Both the position numbers and the translations under genes were made by a program. A stretch of 9,281 bases of DNA. Source: a virus (taxonomy: Duplodnaviria > Heunggongvirae > Uroviricota > Caudoviricetes). Every line of letters begins with the position of its first letter. Within the stretch, counting starts at the first letter, position 1. The stretch lies in the IMG/VR virus record IMGVR_UViG_3300029219_000180. One strand, 5' to 3'. This document shows, in pieces, positions 7,451-9,281 of this stretch. Below the pieces are notes generated by a model. The model did no database searches. It had not been told where the DNA came from and saw only the letters and a program-made list of their open reading frames with translations.

Positions 7451-8524
7451 ATGGCGACTATACGCAAACGTGGTAACTACCAATGGGAAGCTCAAATCCG
7501 TAAACGTGGTTTTCCCTCTCAAACCAAAACCTTTAACACCAAAGTAGAAGCAGAAGCTTGGGCCAAAATGATCGAGTCAGAAATGGCGAGAGGAGTTTGG
7601 CTTAGCCGCAGCGAAGCGGAATCTACGACATTGTATGAAGCCCTAACGCGATATGAAAAAGAGATTGTTCCCGACAAAAAAGGGGCAGTGCAAGACCGAT
7701 CATTGGTGCGGATACTAAAAGGCACTCAGCTGGCGAAAAACTATATGGCCAGCATCAGGAGTGCCGATGTCGCCAAGCTGAGAGATGAATGGTTGAAAAT
7801 CTATGCTCCTGCAACCGTTTTAAGGCGTTTGGCCTTACTTTCTCATGTATTCAATGTTTCGCGGAAAGAATGGGGCATGGAGAGCCTGCTGAACCCCGTA
7901 GAGGCCATTCGCAAACCCCAACCCAAGAACTCCAGGACCAGACGCCTGGAAGCGCTGCCTGTAGTTTCTGAGAAAACCGGTGTTACGTCAGGAAAGCAAA
8001 TAGCCAACGAGATCGAACATATCATCGCCGCAACACATTCATTAGTATTGCCAGCAATCATTCTTCTGGCGTTAGAGACAGCCATGCGCCGTAGCGAAAT
8101 CGCAGAGCTTCGATGGCGCTTTATCGATCTTGATCGGCGAGTTGCACATCTGCCGGATACTAAGAATGGTAATGCCCGCGATGTCCCTTTATCAACGAAA
8201 GCCATTACGATACTGTCCAGTCTCAAGGAACATTCTAAGCCAGCTGCTGATAAGGTTTTTGATATGCGTGCAGACGCGATTACCCGAGCTTTTGACCGAG
8301 CTGTAAAACGAGCCAGAGAACGATACGAGAAAACAAACTCATTATGTGATGAATCTTTCCTTAAAGATTTAAGATTTCATGACCTTCGACATGAAGCAAC
8401 TTCTCGACTTGCTGAAATTTTCCCTATGCATGAACTAACCAAAATTACAGGACATAAAGATCCAAGAATGCTAATGCGGTATTATCATCCAAAAGCTGAA
8501 GATTTGGCGTTAAAGTTGAAATAA
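7451..8524 (+). CDS. Tyrosine-type site-specific recombinase/integrase (second, distinct family)
   Basis: From the ATG at 7451 (the ORF-track M at 7421 is a TTG): MATIRKRGNYQWEAQIRKRG N-terminus typical of island integrases. Catalytic residues present: ETAMRRSEIAELRW (Arg), HDLRHEATSRL (H-x-x-R), RMLMRYYH (Tyr). Unrelated in sequence to the upstream P22-like int. Confidence 0.88.
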   Translation: MATIRKRGNYQWEAQIRKRGFPSQTKTFNTKVEAEAWAKMIESEMARGVWLSRSEAESTTLYEALTRYEKEIVPDKKGAVQDRSLVRILKGTQLAKNYMASIRSADVAKLRDEWLKIYAPATVLRRLALLSHVFNVSRKEWGMESLLNPVEAIRKPQPKNSRTRRLEALPVVSEKTGVTSGKQIANEIEHIIAATHSLVLPAIILLALETAMRRSEIAELRWRFIDLDRRVAHLPDTKNGNARDVPLSTKAITILSSLKEHSKPAADKVFDMRADAITRAFDRAVKRARERYEKTNSLCDESFLKDLRFHDLRHEATSRLAEIFPMHELTKITGHKDPRMLMRYYHPKAEDLALKLK

Positions 8525-8533
8525 GGACGTTGT

Positions 8534-9223
8534 ATGGATTATAAAAATAAGTTAGTTGATGCATCACCAAAATTAAACAACCCTCAACTATTGGCTATAA
8601 TATACTTAATACCTTTTGGATACTTGATTGTAGAAAACCCATTATGGCTAGAAAATATATACATTGCCGCTCCAATTTTCCTATCATCTATAGCTTTATT
8701 AACCAGTGTATACATAGGATATCGTGATTTATTAAATAAAGTATTTAATAATGCAGTAGTTAAATGGGGCGTAACTGGCTTTACATATTCCGTATGCTTA
8801 TGGATCGCAAAGTTTAAGCTTGACATAGCTTATGGTATAGTCCCAGAAAACCTTAATTACTCGACATTAGCTTATGCTTTCATGCTCTCATTTCCAATAG
8901 GGGCAATGATTTGTGCAATTACAGTCTATATATACATATTTTTGCGAGATGTATCCCCAGCAAAAATAGTAATATCCTCTATGATTTCAGTATATATTGG
9001 AAGCTTGGCTCAACATCATATACAGGTGAACAATCTTCCTGAAAAAATAATATTAATAGGACTTATAATTATGGTCCCCTATAACATGGTCAATTTAGCT
9101 AGTTCATTAGTTATTAAAAGGAAATTTAATTTTAATCGTTTAGTATCAGGCTTATCCCTTTTTGCTGTGTCAGTTGCTCTTTTTATTATTAGCATGACAG
9201 CGGTAATGACTCCAACTTATTGA
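8534..9223 (+). CDS. Polytopic inner-membrane protein of unknown function (229 aa), very AT-rich
   Basis: AAGGA SD 6 nt upstream of the ATG, 9 bp after the integrase stop. About five or six hydrophobic helix-length segments (e.g. LLAIIYLIPFGYLIV, IYIAAPIFLSSIALLTSVYIGY, AMICAITVYIYIFL, IILIGLIIMVPY, LSLFAVSVALFIISMTAV). About 23% GC in a sampled line. Confidence 0.7.
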   Translation: MDYKNKLVDASPKLNNPQLLAIIYLIPFGYLIVENPLWLENIYIAAPIFLSSIALLTSVYIGYRDLLNKVFNNAVVKWGVTGFTYSVCLWIAKFKLDIAYGIVPENLNYSTLAYAFMLSFPIGAMICAITVYIYIFLRDVSPAKIVISSMISVYIGSLAQHHIQVNNLPEKIILIGLIIMVPYNMVNLASSLVIKRKFNFNRLVSGLSLFAVSVALFIISMTAVMTPTY

Positions 9224-9281
9224 TAGTGTTTTATGTTCAGATAATGCCCGATGACTTTGTCATGCAGCTCCACCGATTTTG

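Noticed and set aside
7498-7518. Second gix-like site (aaacgtggtttt) that could pair with the site at 4408-4433
   Set aside because: Poor match to the consensus (GTTTT instead of GGTTT, flanks do not fit) and it lies inside the coding sequence of the second recombinase; judged coincidental.
5930-8226. Multiple minus-strand ORFs (66-127 aa) within the xis/int and second recombinase genes
   Set aside because: All are antisense to strongly supported recombinase genes with intact catalytic motifs; no independent evidence.

Overview
Mosaic accessory region made of a cryptic prophage remnant plus horizontally acquired cargo; all calls are from reading the sequence and recalled protein families, no searches were run. 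Left third (1-2960) is AT-rich cargo: a 488-aa minus-strand protein (GTG start, strong SD) with an N-terminal Mrr-cat / PD-(D/E)xK-like nuclease motif and an uncharacterised C-terminal ~380 aa, plus a small signal-peptide protein. Middle: a GIY-YIG-family nuclease gene bracketed by two copies of a hairpin-containing ~35-bp direct repeat, sitting immediately 3' of a Pin/Gin/Hin-family serine invertase. The invertase has only one recognisable gix-like crossover site and an orphan tail-fibre C-terminal segment, so the inversion switch looks degenerate. Next comes a translationally coupled run of phage early-type genes (putative chaperone, DUF551, hypothetical, excisionase) ending in a P22-like tyrosine integrase. 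Directly after int lies a 49-nt 3' fragment of tRNA-Thr(CGU) (att core, not a complete tRNA), followed by a second, unrelated tyrosine recombinase and a very AT-rich polytopic membrane protein. No rRNA, CRISPR array or intact tRNA was seen. The most novel-looking candidates are the orphan nuclease-fusion protein (259-1725) and the GIY-YIG cassette in the cargo slot next to pin.
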